From a virus, in the IMG/VR virus record IMGVR_UViG_3300020410_000413: 40,209 bases of DNA. The stretch is one strand, 5' to 3'. The position numbers were made by a program, and so were the translations under genes. Each line of letters opens with the position of its first letter. Position 1 is the stretch's first letter. The notes beneath the pieces were generated by a model that saw only the letters and a program-made list of their open reading frames with translations, searched no databases and was not told the origin of the DNA. Of the stretch, positions 8,960 to 18,384 are shown in pieces.

Positions 8960-10457
8960 ATGGTGCACCGCCACCGCCACCTTCAGAGTCAGCAGTGTAA
9001 GTTTGAGTTGGGAAACTGGTTGTTGAATCCTCGAATCCTATCAAATTAAATACATTATTAGCAGTCACTGATTTAACAACAACTGTCTCACCAGGTCCTA
9101 TGACTAATGAAGTGATCCTATCTACTTCATTATTACCATTAGTAGTACCTTGAGTAATATAATGTGATGCTTCAACTGCATTTGATGCAACATCAATAGA
9201 GTTGACACTCATGATTGAACGAGCACCACCTGCAAGAGCTGGTACATCATAGAATGTATCAGAAGTTGTAATATCAGGTGATCCTACACCTTTTATAAAC
9301 TTAAGAACTGATCCAGTGTAATCACGAACATAACCATAAGCACCAGGTGTTGTGCCAGCTATAGTATAAGTAGATCCACCAACAGTGAATGTATCAGTAG
9401 CTGTCCATGTTCCATGAACATCATATGCCCAAAAACCGTTATAGGTAAAGTTTGTGCTAGTCTGTAAAACTCTGTCTGAACCACCATAGTTGGAGTTAGA
9501 TGCAGTTCCTGTGCCACCATCATAATAATAGTATGCTGCAGTTGCGTTTGAGTTGGCAGAAAAATCATATTGAACATATCCATTAGCACCATCACCTGCA
9601 CTACCACTAGTAGTTTTACCAGTGGTATATTCAGTTCCATCATCTATGTTTCCTGCAGTTCCATCAGGTCCCCATTCTCCGTTTGCCTCAACTGATAATT
9701 TAAAATCTCTACCACTCATAGTAGTGTCACCAACATCAAATCTATAAGTTCTATCAGTAAATACCTCTATTGCTTCATTGACATACATCTTATAAATTCC
9801 ACCTGCAGTTGTAGTAGAAAATACAAATTCATTATTAGCAGTTCCTACACCACCAGTTGAGACTGTACCTGCACCGTTAGTTCCTACTGATACTGAATCA
9901 CCGTCTGCAAATTCAGTTCCTGTTCCATTTATAGTTGATGGACCTATTTGAAGAATCATCAAGTTGTTTCCAACATCATCAAATACGTCATAAACAGTAG
10001 CAGTTGTAGCATTAGGTGCTGTTCCTTTAGTAATAGTATCACCAACAGCAAATCCACCTGCTGTAGATTCAAGTGTTACCTGTCTAATTGAAAATACCTT
10101 TACAAATATTGTAGTTAAGGAAGGAACTAGATATGATTCAAACTTTAAATGCTTTTCTTTATCTGCTGAAATAAACTGAGTCCCTGCTGCAATATTAGCA
10201 GTTACCGATAATGGTGATGCTACGTTTAAATCGACTTGATAATGAGTGAGTATGTCACCTTTATGTAACTTATATGTCGATGCATCTAAAGTTACTTTTT
10301 GACAATAGTCTTTAATGGCAACATCATATGCTGAACCAGTACCATCATTTGCTATTGTTAATTGAGTGCTTGCAGAACTGTCAACAGGACCTTCATAAAG
10401 AATTGTATCCGTGTTAGCTGTCGGTTTAAGTTGTGCAAGTAGTCCTTGAGTTGCCAT
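8958..10457 (-). CDS. Virion structural protein
   Basis: Thr/Gly/Asn-rich beta protein with a YRFDVGDTTMSG..FKLS module, in a late structural operon. Confidence 0.6.
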   Translation of the reverse strand: MATQGLLAQLKPTANTDTILYEGPVDSSASTQLTIANDGTGSAYDVAIKDYCQKVTLDASTYKLHKGDILTHYQVDLNVASPLSVTANIAAGTQFISADKEKHLKFESYLVPSLTTIFVKVFSIRQVTLESTAGGFAVGDTITKGTAPNATTATVYDVFDDVGNNLMILQIGPSTINGTGTEFADGDSVSVGTNGAGTVSTGGVGTANNEFVFSTTTAGGIYKMYVNEAIEVFTDRTYRFDVGDTTMSGRDFKLSVEANGEWGPDGTAGNIDDGTEYTTGKTTSGSAGDGANGYVQYDFSANSNATAAYYYYDGGTGTASNSNYGGSDRVLQTSTNFTYNGFWAYDVHGTWTATDTFTVGGSTYTIAGTTPGAYGYVRDYTGSVLKFIKGVGSPDITTSDTFYDVPALAGGARSIMSVNSIDVASNAVEASHYITQGTTNGNNEVDRITSLVIGPGETVVVKSVTANNVFNLIGFEDSTTSFPTQTYTADSEGGGGGAP

Positions 10458-10463
10458 TGTTAA

Positions 10464-11795
10464 TTAGAATCCTGCGTAGAAGTATTGTTGTAATCTTGTT
10501 CGACCAGTTAAATGTGATGCTGCTAAACCTGCACCAAATGCAACGTCGTCTAAGGTAACGTTCTCAGTTGAAAGAAGTGTAGCATCAGCATCAGGGAATT
10601 TAATTGTTCTTGCAGCAGTGATGTTATCAGTTCTGAAAGTAACAGTTCCTGTAGCGGTTGCTTCGTCTTTTAAGACTGGACGATAATAGGTCTTATTTTG
10701 TATGACCTGTGTAGCAAATTCAGTAACAATAGTACTGAATAATGGGTTACCCGCACCAGTATTTAGTAGTGATGTAGATGGGAACTTCATCTGAGCATTA
10801 GTCAGAGTGTTTAAGTTATCAAGAAAGAATGTAACCCTTCTAGTATTATCAGTTGAATCTGCAATAATTATATCTTCATGAATCTTGTTCTTAAGAGTCT
10901 GAGATGCTTCAGTTCCAACTAATTCTAAACTTTGGTCTGGTAGTGTAATTGTCCTATCTGCTGTTAACGCACCTGCGTTAAACTGAGCTGTTGATGCACT
11001 AGTCTCAGCTGAGTTTGAGATTTTAGGACTTACTAGTGTTTTTGACAGAATAATTTGTTCTGTCTTTGTGTCTAATAGTGTAGATGATGTAGCAGTAGGT
11101 TCTGCGGTAGTTGTTACAGATCCTGCATCTGGTAGAAAATAAGATCTACGAGTTCCTGATGTAGTCGGCCAGTTAATCTGGAATATTGCTTCCTCTGCAC
11201 CATCAATGATAACAAAGTTATCTTCATCAATAAGAAGAGTTTTGTTAGTCAGTGTTTGTGTAGTGTCTGCACCTACAAGAGTAGTTCCATTACCTGCTGT
11301 TATCTCTGGTAATGTCATAATTCTAGTATTACTACCAGTTCCTACATTACCTGCTTCAAATCTAATTTTGGGACCTTGAGCATCTTCTAACAAAAACTGT
11401 TCATCAGACATCAAAAACTGACCCGTTACTTTTACAGATCCCGTTCCTTTCGGTGCGAAAACTATATCAGTATTGTTTGCAGTATCATCAATAGCAGTAA
11501 CATATAATGATGTACTACTATTACCGTTATCAAGACGTGTCATATACAAACCACCATCACCAAAGGCAATACCTATTTGGTTATATGCTGATTGATATAG
11601 TCCACTATCTCTGTCTAAGTCAAAAGCTAGACCAGGTGCATCTTTGCTACCTTGTGCTAGACCTCTGAATAATTGATTAACTTTTGCTTTTCTATTAGGA
11701 ATCAACGGATCAGAAACAACAATAGGAAGAATTGCTTCTCCAGATATATTGCTATCTGAAATCGTTTCCAACTGAGAAATCTTCTTGGTTCCCAC
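10464..11795 (-). CDS. Virion structural protein with internal repeats
   Basis: N-terminal KKISQL motif typical of phage fibre/structural proteins; repeated RTxTLPD...QTLxNK units; TATAAATA upstream. Confidence 0.6.
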   Translation of the reverse strand: MGTKKISQLETISDSNISGEAILPIVVSDPLIPNRKAKVNQLFRGLAQGSKDAPGLAFDLDRDSGLYQSAYNQIGIAFGDGGLYMTRLDNGNSSTSLYVTAIDDTANNTDIVFAPKGTGSVKVTGQFLMSDEQFLLEDAQGPKIRFEAGNVGTGSNTRIMTLPEITAGNGTTLVGADTTQTLTNKTLLIDEDNFVIIDGAEEAIFQINWPTTSGTRRSYFLPDAGSVTTTAEPTATSSTLLDTKTEQIILSKTLVSPKISNSAETSASTAQFNAGALTADRTITLPDQSLELVGTEASQTLKNKIHEDIIIADSTDNTRRVTFFLDNLNTLTNAQMKFPSTSLLNTGAGNPLFSTIVTEFATQVIQNKTYYRPVLKDEATATGTVTFRTDNITAARTIKFPDADATLLSTENVTLDDVAFGAGLAASHLTGRTRLQQYFYAGF

Positions 11796-11821
11796 GAATA
11801 ATTACACTATTGGCTACGGTT

Positions 11822-12478
11822 TTATTTATAAGGGGTACGATCCCTTTCTTTGTTAACTATACTAAACATTTCACCTAACTGATTGTTAGGGTGATATATG
11901 TGTTCAATATACTCTTTAGATATGTGATTTAACGTTATATTAAACGCTAAACTATACCTATTACTGGTAGAAGGACACTCTGGATCTACCCAATGTTCTA
12001 TCCAACTAGGAAAATATACTAAAAGTCCTTTTTTAGGTGATATTTTTATCCTTCCAGAATTATATAAAGTTGCGTGTTCATGATATTGATATGGAACTGC
12101 ATATTCCATCACATTTGTAATTGGATTTTTTAATACTAAGTCTGGTGACTCTTCATCTGCCTCTGGATAAAATACAGCACTAATCCAATGTGTGCCATGA
12201 AGATGAGGTTTTAAAGGTTCAGAAGCATTATTTCTGTTTGCCCAACATGTAGTAACTCTTGGTCTTGACTCCAATCCTAAACCATATATCTTCATAAACT
12301 CAGGAATAGAGTTATGAACTTCATCTATAACATCATGTATAGCAGGTTCATTTAAGTTAAGTGGTAAACCTGGTTCTACAGTCTTGATATACTCTACAAT
12401 TTTATCACAATCAACATCTAATATATCAGACGCAATAAAATTAGAGAACAAAGGTTCTATAAAGAATTTTTCAGTCAT
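11822..12478 (-). CDS. Putative 2OG-Fe(II) oxygenase (TIGR02466-like)
   Basis: Motifs PHLH..WISAVFY, GLLVYFPSWIEHWV and RYSLAFN. Confidence 0.8.
   Translation of the reverse strand: MTEKFFIEPLFSNFIASDILDVDCDKIVEYIKTVEPGLPLNLNEPAIHDVIDEVHNSIPEFMKIYGLGLESRPRVTTCWANRNNASEPLKPHLHGTHWISAVFYPEADEESPDLVLKNPITNVMEYAVPYQYHEHATLYNSGRIKISPKKGLLVYFPSWIEHWVDPECPSTSNRYSLAFNITLNHISKEYIEHIYHPNNQLGEMFSIVNKERDRTPYK
11823..11830 (-). promoter_or_regulatory. T4-type late promoter (perfect consensus)
   Basis: TATAAATA about 28 nt upstream of the start at 11795. Confidence 0.7.
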
Positions 12479-12951
12479 GAGTACTTGATAGCAATAGTAA
12501 AGCGATGTTTATCTCTAAATGTAGTTGCTCTATGAAGTAAATCAGCATCAAATCCAAGCATTCTATTAGGTTTAGGAAGAATACCCTTAATTTCACCATC
12601 AATAAGAAACTGTGTTTCTCCTAAATCGTTTTCATTCCACTCTAAGTTAGGATAATATAAAAATGTATATCCAGTTTGACCATCTGAGTGCCAAAATGGT
12701 TGCTCATTAGGTGCAAACAAATTAATATACATCCTATAAGGTAAATCGCAAATATTAAATTCTCTTTCTATAGACTCTTCAAATAAATCATATGGACTTT
12801 TATGTCCGTTAGGTAGAATATCCGAAACCATACCTACTGGTGGTAAACCATATGCATCACATTCACCATAACGATAACTTGCTCTCAAGCAAAAGTTATA
12901 CAATCGTTGATGTACACTCTCTTCAAAAAAATCATCAATAACATCAATCAT
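12475..12951 (-). CDS. 2OG-Fe(II) oxygenase (prolyl-hydroxylase-like)
   Basis: HxD motif (WHSDG), GETQF, PKPNRMLGFDADLLHRA and RFTIA. Confidence 0.8.
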   Translation of the reverse strand: MIDVIDDFFEESVHQRLYNFCLRASYRYGECDAYGLPPVGMVSDILPNGHKSPYDLFEESIEREFNICDLPYRMYINLFAPNEQPFWHSDGQTGYTFLYYPNLEWNENDLGETQFLIDGEIKGILPKPNRMLGFDADLLHRATTFRDKHRFTIAIKYS

Positions 12952-13166
12952 TGTTGTTCTAGAACCATACTCTTACGAAATTCTTCAACAACTGATAGAA
13001 CCTCTGGGTCTACTGGAGGACCTGATTGTTTTACAGGAGAAAGAATTGCTACAGAACCATCTTTCCGTTTGATCTTCCAAACAGTTCTATTCCTCTCACA
13101 CATTGTTAAAAGGAAGGGTAGTTGGTCTACCGCTTCCTCTTCAGTTATTTCTTGAAAGTCAGTCAT
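12948..13166 (-). CDS. Small protein resembling the Phd/YefM antitoxin N-terminal domain
   Basis: EITEEEAVDQLPFLLTMCERNRTVWKIKRKDGSVAILSPV follows the Phd/YefM pattern; coupled to neighbours by overlapping start/stop codons. Confidence 0.5.
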   Translation of the reverse strand: MTDFQEITEEEAVDQLPFLLTMCERNRTVWKIKRKDGSVAILSPVKQSGPPVDPEVLSVVEEFRKSMVLEQQ

Positions 13167-13363
13167 TAGAAAACAGTCAACATTTCTTTATCAAGTGATT
13201 CAATCATCGCAGTTGTAGTGTCTGCGAAACCTTCGGCACCTTCGGCATCGAATTTCCAAGTAACTGTGTCCTCATAACCATCTTCAGAAATGATCTTGAT
13301 TTGTCTCTTTGCAATGTTTACGAAAACATGTGCTAGATAAATTTCGTTGAGATCTTCAAACAT
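13166..13363 (-). CDS. Small acidic hypothetical protein (early)
   Basis: 65-aa ORF with an AAAGGAG SD, first gene after a sigma70 promoter. Confidence 0.6.
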   Translation of the reverse strand: MFEDLNEIYLAHVFVNIAKRQIKIISEDGYEDTVTWKFDAEGAEGFADTTTAMIESLDKEMLTVF

Positions 13364-13384
13364 TGTTACTCCTTTGATATATCT

Positions 13385-13414
13385 ATACTAGCACAAGAAC
13401 TACTCTAGGGTCAA
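13385..13414 (-). promoter_or_regulatory. sigma70-type early promoter overlapping the gp5 3' end
   Basis: TTGACC-18 nt-TAGTAT with an extended -10 TG; ACTGTCACA lies 6 nt upstream of the -35. Confidence 0.6.
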
Positions 13415-15745
13415 GTTGCCTGTGACAGTATTTTGATTGGTTGAGTTTGGCGTAACGATGCTGAATCTACCGTTGGTAATGGTATTGTTATACAAGCTAG
13501 CGGTAGAAGAAAGGTTCACTTTCCAGTTTTCTAGTACTACTGGGTTGATTATGGTCTCATATCCACCATTGATAACTGTCCTAATACCTGTGACTTTTTT
13601 AGGTGTCTCGCTTTGTTCTATATTGATTAACTGAAGTATATGAGGTGTCACCATTTCTATAGAGTTTTCTGCTGACATGGTAATCTCCATACCACTCATA
13701 GTCTGCTGATAAGAAGAGTTCTCAAATATACTACCAGTAATCTTAGTAGACATTGATCCTAACTTACATTCTGTCCCTTGTAGTTCAAATTTAGATCCTA
13801 CAACATTCATATCAACGTCAGATCCAAATCTAAGAGCATGTTTATGTGTTCCTCCCTCTGCACCTAAGTAAAATCCTCCTCCTACTTCAATATGACAATT
13901 ACCAGTTATTTTTAGTAGATAATCACCTTCAATATTACGAACATAATCTTTATTTACGATTTTACAGTCATCACCATGAACTTCTTGAGTTAGTACTCCT
14001 GCATATGATATATGATCTGCCACTAAAGAACCAGTATCACCTTCTTGATTAGTGGATTCATTAACATATTCAGAGACTTTTGCCTCTATAACTTCATCTG
14101 ATAGAGATTCATAATCAACTGCCTTTCTTAATTCATCTCTTATTTTCTTTTCATAAAGATGAGCATTATTAAAGGTTATAGAAGTATGAGTTGTGCCATT
14201 TGCTTTCTTGCTAATGTCCGCTTTACGACCTGGCGTTCCTAGATGCAAATCATAACCACCACTGATGTGACTTTTAGCAGATGTCATGTTTGGATCAGCT
14301 TCCTTAAACATAGATCCAAATAAGTCATCTCCTCTTATTGTATTGATACTATCTAAGTCTTTTCCTGTTAAACGAGTGCAACCAAATAGAGGGAACCAAC
14401 CAATTAGGTCTTTTCCACTAGCAACTCTATTACAATCACTAGAACGGAACTTTAGTAAGATTTTCATTAAACCAGTTAGGTTTGTACTAGTTTGACTGAA
14501 TAAATCTGATCTTAACTCAAATATACCACTTCCTTTCTCCCACTCAGTTATAATATTGTATCCATTAGTAGTTTTTACCTTATCTTTTACAGTAGTTACT
14601 ACATCACTCAAATTTTTAACAATTTTAGTAGATTCGTCAACTATACTCTTAATAACAGCGTCAACTGTATGTTTTACTAACTCTTCTTTTGTCTGCATGT
14701 TACCTAAACATACAGAAATGTAATTTGTAACTACATCTAATGGTTCTTTCTTGTAAGTGTCAATATTAGCGTCTATTAGACATAATGACTTTAATATAGT
14801 CTCTGCTGCTTCGTGTATTGAGTTATATGATGCAAATGGTATTCCAGTAGCATCTGACTGTAACGCTTCTACCTGCAAACTAGTTGCTAACGTAGATGTT
14901 GCTTGTCTCATAGCAGAAATGACTTGAGAGTATATAACTGTCAAGAAATTATCTATTTTTACTGTTAAATCTTCTGTTTTTACATATTTACCGACAACTA
15001 TGTCCAAATACTTGCCATCTGTGATTTTTACCAAACTAGAGGTAGTATGTGCTAAATCCTCTACTAGATAAGACATTTTATACTCTAAACTCTTCCAAGC
15101 ACCTCCTACACCGTTAGCAGTAGGAAATGGCATTGTAGGGTCTAATGGTTTTATTGGATTATATGAACTACCGTGAATATCAATACCTATGTTTTTTGGT
15201 GATCCATCACCACCTGATTCTGTAGTAGTTTGACCAGGATATGCAACACTATTATGTGTACTCTGTCTTAATGGTTGTATTGGTTTATTAGTGTTTTTCT
15301 CTGCAGGATGAACAGCAGATGAATTAGGTGCTGTTCCAAACTCAGGAATTTGGTCTGTAAAGGCAAGTGACTGTGTTTTACGTGTATCTTCAGATTTCTT
15401 GACTCTCATAACACCAATAACTATTGGCATTTGAGCAGTTTCACCATCCATAAAGAAACCCATGACAATAGCACCAGTTTGCAACTGTCCTGTAGATTCC
15501 CCTTGTCCATCATTACCTGCCTGAGAGGTATGTTGTAATACCGTTGCCCAAGGTAAAGCACTAGTTGGAAGGTCTGCAATGGTTGCTCCTTGTAGATTGG
15601 TGTAATAACCAAGAACACGAACTTTTACACGACCCAATTCCATCGGATCTTCGTTATCCTCAACTTCACCAACCCACCAAAAGAAACCGTCCTTTCCGAC
15701 AAACCCTGATGTATTCTCGTTCTGTATACCGTCAACTAGCTTCAT
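13400..15745 (-). CDS. gp5: Baseplate hub/central spike protein gp5 (OB-fold N-terminus, no lysozyme domain seen)
   Basis: GFVGKDGFFWWVGEVEDNEDPMELGRVKVRVLGYY...LPWA...GAIVMGFFMDGETAQMP is the gp5 OB-fold; the C-terminal half has beta-helix-like repeats (EVHGDDCKIVNKDY..NIEGDY.LKITGN). Confidence 0.9.
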   Translation of the reverse strand: MKLVDGIQNENTSGFVGKDGFFWWVGEVEDNEDPMELGRVKVRVLGYYTNLQGATIADLPTSALPWATVLQHTSQAGNDGQGESTGQLQTGAIVMGFFMDGETAQMPIVIGVMRVKKSEDTRKTQSLAFTDQIPEFGTAPNSSAVHPAEKNTNKPIQPLRQSTHNSVAYPGQTTTESGGDGSPKNIGIDIHGSSYNPIKPLDPTMPFPTANGVGGAWKSLEYKMSYLVEDLAHTTSSLVKITDGKYLDIVVGKYVKTEDLTVKIDNFLTVIYSQVISAMRQATSTLATSLQVEALQSDATGIPFASYNSIHEAAETILKSLCLIDANIDTYKKEPLDVVTNYISVCLGNMQTKEELVKHTVDAVIKSIVDESTKIVKNLSDVVTTVKDKVKTTNGYNIITEWEKGSGIFELRSDLFSQTSTNLTGLMKILLKFRSSDCNRVASGKDLIGWFPLFGCTRLTGKDLDSINTIRGDDLFGSMFKEADPNMTSAKSHISGGYDLHLGTPGRKADISKKANGTTHTSITFNNAHLYEKKIRDELRKAVDYESLSDEVIEAKVSEYVNESTNQEGDTGSLVADHISYAGVLTQEVHGDDCKIVNKDYVRNIEGDYLLKITGNCHIEVGGGFYLGAEGGTHKHALRFGSDVDMNVVGSKFELQGTECKLGSMSTKITGSIFENSSYQQTMSGMEITMSAENSIEMVTPHILQLINIEQSETPKKVTGIRTVINGGYETIINPVVLENWKVNLSSTASLYNNTITNGRFSIVTPNSTNQNTVTGNLTLE

Positions 15746-15764
15746 TTTTAAGCAGTTTTTTAGT

Positions 15765-15772
15765 TATTTATT
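15765..15772 (-). promoter_or_regulatory. T4-type late promoter
   Basis: AATAAATA 20 nt upstream of the gp5 ATG. Confidence 0.55.
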
Positions 15773-16061
15773 CCTGTAACGCTCCTCCCTTCCTCCAAGG
15801 TTTAGTCTGATACATCACATCAGACTTTACCACCAATTCTGTATAATACTCCATTTTATCAGGATGTACAGATGCGGGGTTTTCGCTAATTGCTTGTTTT
15901 AGGGCAACCATCTCAATCCACTCTTCATCGGATAATTCCGAATTAGCCACAGTCTGATTCTGATAAGAATAGGTTTTTTCGATAATGATTCTTTTAGCTT
16001 CAGACATGTGATCGGAGTAAAACTTTAAGGGTTGCTCATGCATTCCTGTGTCTCCACTCAT
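15768..16061 (-). CDS. Hypothetical cyanophage protein
   Basis: 97-aa ORF on the coding strand; the start could be a later Met. Confidence 0.55.
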   Translation of the reverse strand: MSGDTGMHEQPLKFYSDHMSEAKRIIIEKTYSYQNQTVANSELSDEEWIEMVALKQAISENPASVHPDKMEYYTELVVKSDVMYQTKPWRKGGALQE

Positions 16062-16147
16062 GTCATTAATTTGATTTACTCTTCTATTTTATCTTGAAAT
16101 ACACACAAACGCGAGTGTCTTAAGGTTTTCTTCAGTTTTTTGTAATA

Positions 16148-16190
16148 TAAAAAACCTTACACGCGAAAAAATGTGGCGAATTTTTTTTCG
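16148..16190. repeat. Intergenic 43-bp element, copy 1
   Basis: TAAAAAACCTTACACGCGAAAAAATGTGGCGAATTTTTTTTCG; 40/43 identical to 29033..29075, same orientation. Confidence 0.9.
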
Positions 16191-16215
16191 ACTTATATGG
16201 GAATCAAAGGTCGAA

Positions 16216-16662
16216 TTATATACGGACGAACTTATACATTTCTTCGCTACCCCATACCATCTTGCCCTGTTGATTCAATCCCTTGTCTCTTGACAATAAC
16301 TTTTCTCCGTAGAGATATATTTCTGACACAACCCTGTACCCCTTCTCTCCTCGACATTTATCGCTGTCTAATTTTCCACTCCAATGTTCAGATTCAAATC
16401 TAAAATGCATATCACATTCCTCATGTCGAGAACCATCTAGTCTATAGTTCTGCATGATGACATAATTATCTGATACTATTTCTATCTTGTGTTTCTTATT
16501 ACGATATGGTTTGTGAGGACCATCTACTCTGTAAAAATTCAAAGAGGTATACCAATCTCCTTCCTTTGCCCAGATCACCTCTGTCTGGGCAACTTTATGG
16601 GGATTAGATTGTGCTTGTGACCTGTTAGTCCAATGTCCTAACAGATATTCATCAAAAATCAT
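16216..16662 (-). CDS. cpeT: Phycobiliprotein lyase, CpcT/CpeT (T-type) family
   Basis: LLGHWTNRSQAQSNP, HKPYR, CDMHF and WG...Y.F motifs of phage CpeT-like lyases. Confidence 0.85.
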   Translation of the reverse strand: MIFDEYLLGHWTNRSQAQSNPHKVAQTEVIWAKEGDWYTSLNFYRVDGPHKPYRNKKHKIEIVSDNYVIMQNYRLDGSRHEECDMHFRFESEHWSGKLDSDKCRGEKGYRVVSEIYLYGEKLLSRDKGLNQQGKMVWGSEEMYKFVRI

Positions 16663-16676
16663 TACAAACTAAAGAA

Positions 16677-16982
16677 CTAGTCGTCGTAAACACGACACTC
16701 AAATGCGTCTGGATGATTGTCACAGTAAATTTCTAGATGCTTGTCTTCATGTCTAGTGTGCCAATCATTGATCCTTCCTTCATTAGGATCTATCACATCA
16801 TCTTTATGATAGTTTGCATAGTCTGCATGAACTTCTTCGAGTTCAGACTTCGTATACTCTAACATACCATGATTAATATGCTCCTTACCATCTTTAGGAT
16901 CAAGGTAGACTTCATGGTCAAGGTCGTGAGTTCTTTTCGCTTGAGGATTTTCTCCGATACCTTTAAATTCGGTTTCAATCAT
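16677..16982 (-). CDS. CP12 C-terminal-domain protein with a His/acidic N-terminus
   Basis: Ends LEIYCDNHPDAFECRVYDD (CP12 C-x8-C plus acidic tip); no N-terminal Cys pair and no AWDxVEEL. Confidence 0.75.
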   Translation of the reverse strand: MIETEFKGIGENPQAKRTHDLDHEVYLDPKDGKEHINHGMLEYTKSELEEVHADYANYHKDDVIDPNEGRINDWHTRHEDKHLEIYCDNHPDAFECRVYDD

Positions 16983-17005
16983 AGCTAACTCCGTTACTAT
17001 ACTAT

Positions 17006-17013
17006 TATTTATC
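17006..17013 (-). promoter_or_regulatory. T4-type late promoter
   Basis: GATAAATA about 24 nt upstream of the ATG at 16982. Confidence 0.5.
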
Positions 17014-18382
17014 TTAACACAGAGTCCTTAAGTAAGTCTAGTTCGGTGTAGAGAACTGTACCTGTTGTGTTATGAGTCACTGACGATATCAAATATCTAC
17101 CACTATATTTCCTGTCTAATGGTGTTTGTCTACCAGATTTAAAGTTAGCAGGTATGATGACATCTATTCCACCACCTGCATACAAGTCTAGGTTGCCTGG
17201 TATTGTAATCTTTAACTGTATATTTTTTAATGACTCCAGTCTCATGAACTGATATGCCTGTAAGTCTATCAACTCTTGATAGTTTGCTTGAGGATTGTTT
17301 ATAAACTTAGGATCAAATGTTTGATTTGGTAAAAATGAATACCTAATTCTTCTCGGTTTCGACACCATCTTATGCACTGATGGATCTAGTTGAGTCAATG
17401 GGTTTACAGTTTTCTTACCATCTAAGTGTGACATCTTATCCCATGTCTCATCTAATTCATAGTGAGGATCATCTGTAGTCAACTCTGTACTAGAACCCAT
17501 CTTAGATGACCCTAGAGTTACAGGATCAAATCCAACTGAGAAACCAGAGAAACTACCATCCCTCATCAGTTCTAAGAGATGCTTCTCTCTTGGGAATGTA
17601 ATACCAGAGATAGTAAAGGCATCAGCACCAGTGTTATCAACTTTCTTAGGACTGTAGTGATACTTGTAGCATCTTGGTTTACCTGTAATTTTATTAGTCT
17701 GCTTATCAAATGTCTGATCATTAATATCATCAATCAAACCATCAACGGATCTAAAATGATAACCTAAAGCATTCTCATAGAATAAGAATCCATTTTGTAA
17801 TACTCCACCCTTTCTAGACTTTCGTACACTCCTCTGTGCCAACCAATAGATTGTATCCATAGGTCTCCAGTTAGGTGCAGTAAACTTTTGATTATTAATA
17901 GTATCCTCAGTAAATACCTTCTTTGAAGTGTTGAGATATCTTCTTTCCTTTAATAGTTTCTCTACTATAGAACTTGCTTCTGGATTTTGGAATATTACTT
18001 CTGATTGACCAAAGACACTAACAGACTCGTTAGTTATAAACTCTGTAGAACATGCCTCCACTAGGAATGCATCATTAGAATTGTTAGTCCTAGAACGTGA
18101 GTGAACACAGTATATTCTAAAGTTATATGTCCTGTCAACAATAGAGGATGTGATTTGTAGTTTCAATTCCTCATGTCCTGTCATCATGTTGATGATACCT
18201 GCAGCATCCTCAAAAACAAACTGTGCTTCTATAGTAGACCTATCAATTCTCTCACGAATTTCAAATCCTCTACAGAAATTGTACAAGTTAAAAGCACCCT
18301 CTGTATTTGATAGACGTTCTCCATCTCTATACAGACTTAAACGATATTCAATTTCTCCTACATTACTTCTACTAATTGGCAT
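17009..18382 (-). CDS. Baseplate hub protein (gp27/GpD-like)
   Basis: FLFYENALGYHFRS, ITIPGNLDLYAG..IDVIIP and KYSGRYLISSVTH match hub-protein patterns; lies directly after the tape-measure-like genes. Confidence 0.6.
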   Translation of the reverse strand: MPISRSNVGEIEYRLSLYRDGERLSNTEGAFNLYNFCRGFEIRERIDRSTIEAQFVFEDAAGIINMMTGHEELKLQITSSIVDRTYNFRIYCVHSRSRTNNSNDAFLVEACSTEFITNESVSVFGQSEVIFQNPEASSIVEKLLKERRYLNTSKKVFTEDTINNQKFTAPNWRPMDTIYWLAQRSVRKSRKGGVLQNGFLFYENALGYHFRSVDGLIDDINDQTFDKQTNKITGKPRCYKYHYSPKKVDNTGADAFTISGITFPREKHLLELMRDGSFSGFSVGFDPVTLGSSKMGSSTELTTDDPHYELDETWDKMSHLDGKKTVNPLTQLDPSVHKMVSKPRRIRYSFLPNQTFDPKFINNPQANYQELIDLQAYQFMRLESLKNIQLKITIPGNLDLYAGGGIDVIIPANFKSGRQTPLDRKYSGRYLISSVTHNTTGTVLYTELDLLKDSVLR

Positions 18383-18384
18383 GA

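Noticed and set aside
16062-16147. Possible small gene (…YYKKLKKTLRHSRLCVFQDKIEE*) between the repeat and the 97-aa ORF
   Set aside because: The frame has no ATG or usable early start after its upstream stop; treated as non-coding.
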